A DNA stretch of 64,000 bases from Heterodontus francisci (taxonomy: Eukaryota), in contig NC_090403.1 in assembly GCF_036365525.1 (NCBI RefSeq), positions 56,545,095 through 56,609,094 on the forward strand. Reading direction: 5' to 3'. The notes below the pieces were generated by a model. That model ran no database searches and was not told the origin of the DNA. It saw only the letters and a list, made by a program, of their open reading frames with translations. The stretch's first letter is position 1. Each line of letters starts with the position of its first letter. Below are positions 62,675-64,000 of the stretch, in pieces. The position numbers were made by a program, and so were the translations under genes.

Positions 62675-64000
62675 AGGAGCAGGAGTAGGCAATTCAGCCC
62701 CTCGAGCCTGCTCCGCCATTCAATACGATCATGGCTGATCTCATCTTGGCCTCAACTCTAATTTCCTGCCCGTTCTCCATAACCCTTCAACCCATTTCTA
62801 ATTAAAAATCTGTCTCTCTCCTCAAATTTACCCAATGTTCTGGTATCCACTGCACTCTGGGGTAGTGAATTCCACAGATTCACGACCCTTTGAGAGTAGC
62901 AATTTCTCCTCATCTCTGTTTTAAATCTGCTACCCCTTATCCTAAAACTATGACCCCTCGTTCTAGATTGCCCCACAAGAGGAAACATCCTCTCTACGTC
63001 TACTTTGTCAATCCCCTTAATCATCTTGTATACCTCAATTAGATCTCCTCTCATTCTTCTAAACTCCAGAGAGTAAAGGCCTAAACTTCTCAATCTCTCT
63101 TCATAAGACAAGCCCCCCGTCTCTGGAATCAATCTAGTGAACCTCCTCTGAACTGCCTCCAATGCAGCTACATCCTTTCTCAAGTAAGGGGACCAAAACT
63201 GTATGTAATACTCCAGGTGCGGTCTCACCTTGTACAGTTGCAGCAACGCTTCCCTACTTTTATACTCTCTTCCTTTAGCAATAAATGCCAAAATTCCATT
63301 TACCTTCCTTATCACCTGCTGTACCTGCAAACTAGTTTTCTGCGATTCATGCACGAGGACACCCAGATCCCTCTGCACCGAAGCACTCTGAAGTTTCTCT
63401 CCATTTAAATAATAATTTGCCTTTCTATTCTTCCGACCAAAATGGATAACCTCACACTTCTCCACATTAAAATCCATCTGCCAAATTTTGGCCCATTTAT
63501 CTAATCGATCCATATCCATTTGTAGATTTCTTATTTCTTTATTGCAACTTACTGTCCCACCTATTTTAGTGTCATCTGCATATTTGGCTATAGTACATTC
63601 TATCCCTGCATCCAGGTCATTAATATAGATTGTAAATAGTTGGAGCCCGAGGACTGAACCCTGTGGCACCCCACTAGTTACATCTTGCCAACCAGAAAAA
63701 GACCCATTTATCCTGACTCTCTGTTTTCTGTTGGTTAGCCAATCCTCTATCCAAGCTAATAAATTGCCCCTAACCCCATGTGAATTTACCTTGTGTATTA
63801 ACCTTTTGTGCGGCACCTTATCAAATGCCTTCTGGAAGTCCAGATAAACTACATCTACAGGATTCCCATTATCCACTTTACTTGTTACAGCTTTGAAGAA
63901 CTCTAGCAAATTAGTCAAACACGATTTACCCTTCATAAAACTATGCTGACTCTGATGGAATGCGTTTTGACTTTCTAAATGTCCTGTTATTACTTCCTTA
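62675..64000 (-). mobile_element. CR1 LINE (continues beyond the window); open RT frame at 62758-63936
   Basis: DFQKAFDKV, GVPQGSVLG and KYADDTK motifs; CR1 3' UTR at 62675-62757. Confidence 0.92.

Noticed and set aside
59708-64000. SMARCE1 terminal exon
   Set aside because: No acidic coding exon with a proper acceptor was found. The region is almost all LINE sequence, so the exon is presumably downstream.

Overview
Eukaryotic, repeat-rich vertebrate DNA. The repeat content (CR1, HE1/V-SINE-like, Deu-SINE-like, Penelope, RTE) points to a cartilaginous fish (inference). The window holds most of one + strand gene, SMARCE1/BAF57 (the SWI/SNF HMG-box subunit). It has a CpG-rich promoter near 4.7-5.2 kb and coding exons 2-10 with GT-AG boundaries. 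Exon 4 lies almost entirely in a 135-N gap, and the last exon was not found in the window. The introns are filled with nested retroelements and MITEs. Main observations: (1) a frame-preserving 72-nt candidate cassette exon in intron 4; (2) Penelope-derived minimal hammerhead ribozyme motifs, with several short fold-back elements that invert at the ribozyme, one flanked by a 12-bp TSD; (3) two inverted CR1 copies sharing three premature stops; (4) a young RTE LINE with an open ORF, plus a near-full-length relative; (5) a tail-less CR1 that appears internally primed. Most short ORFs in the supplied track are TE fragments or noise.
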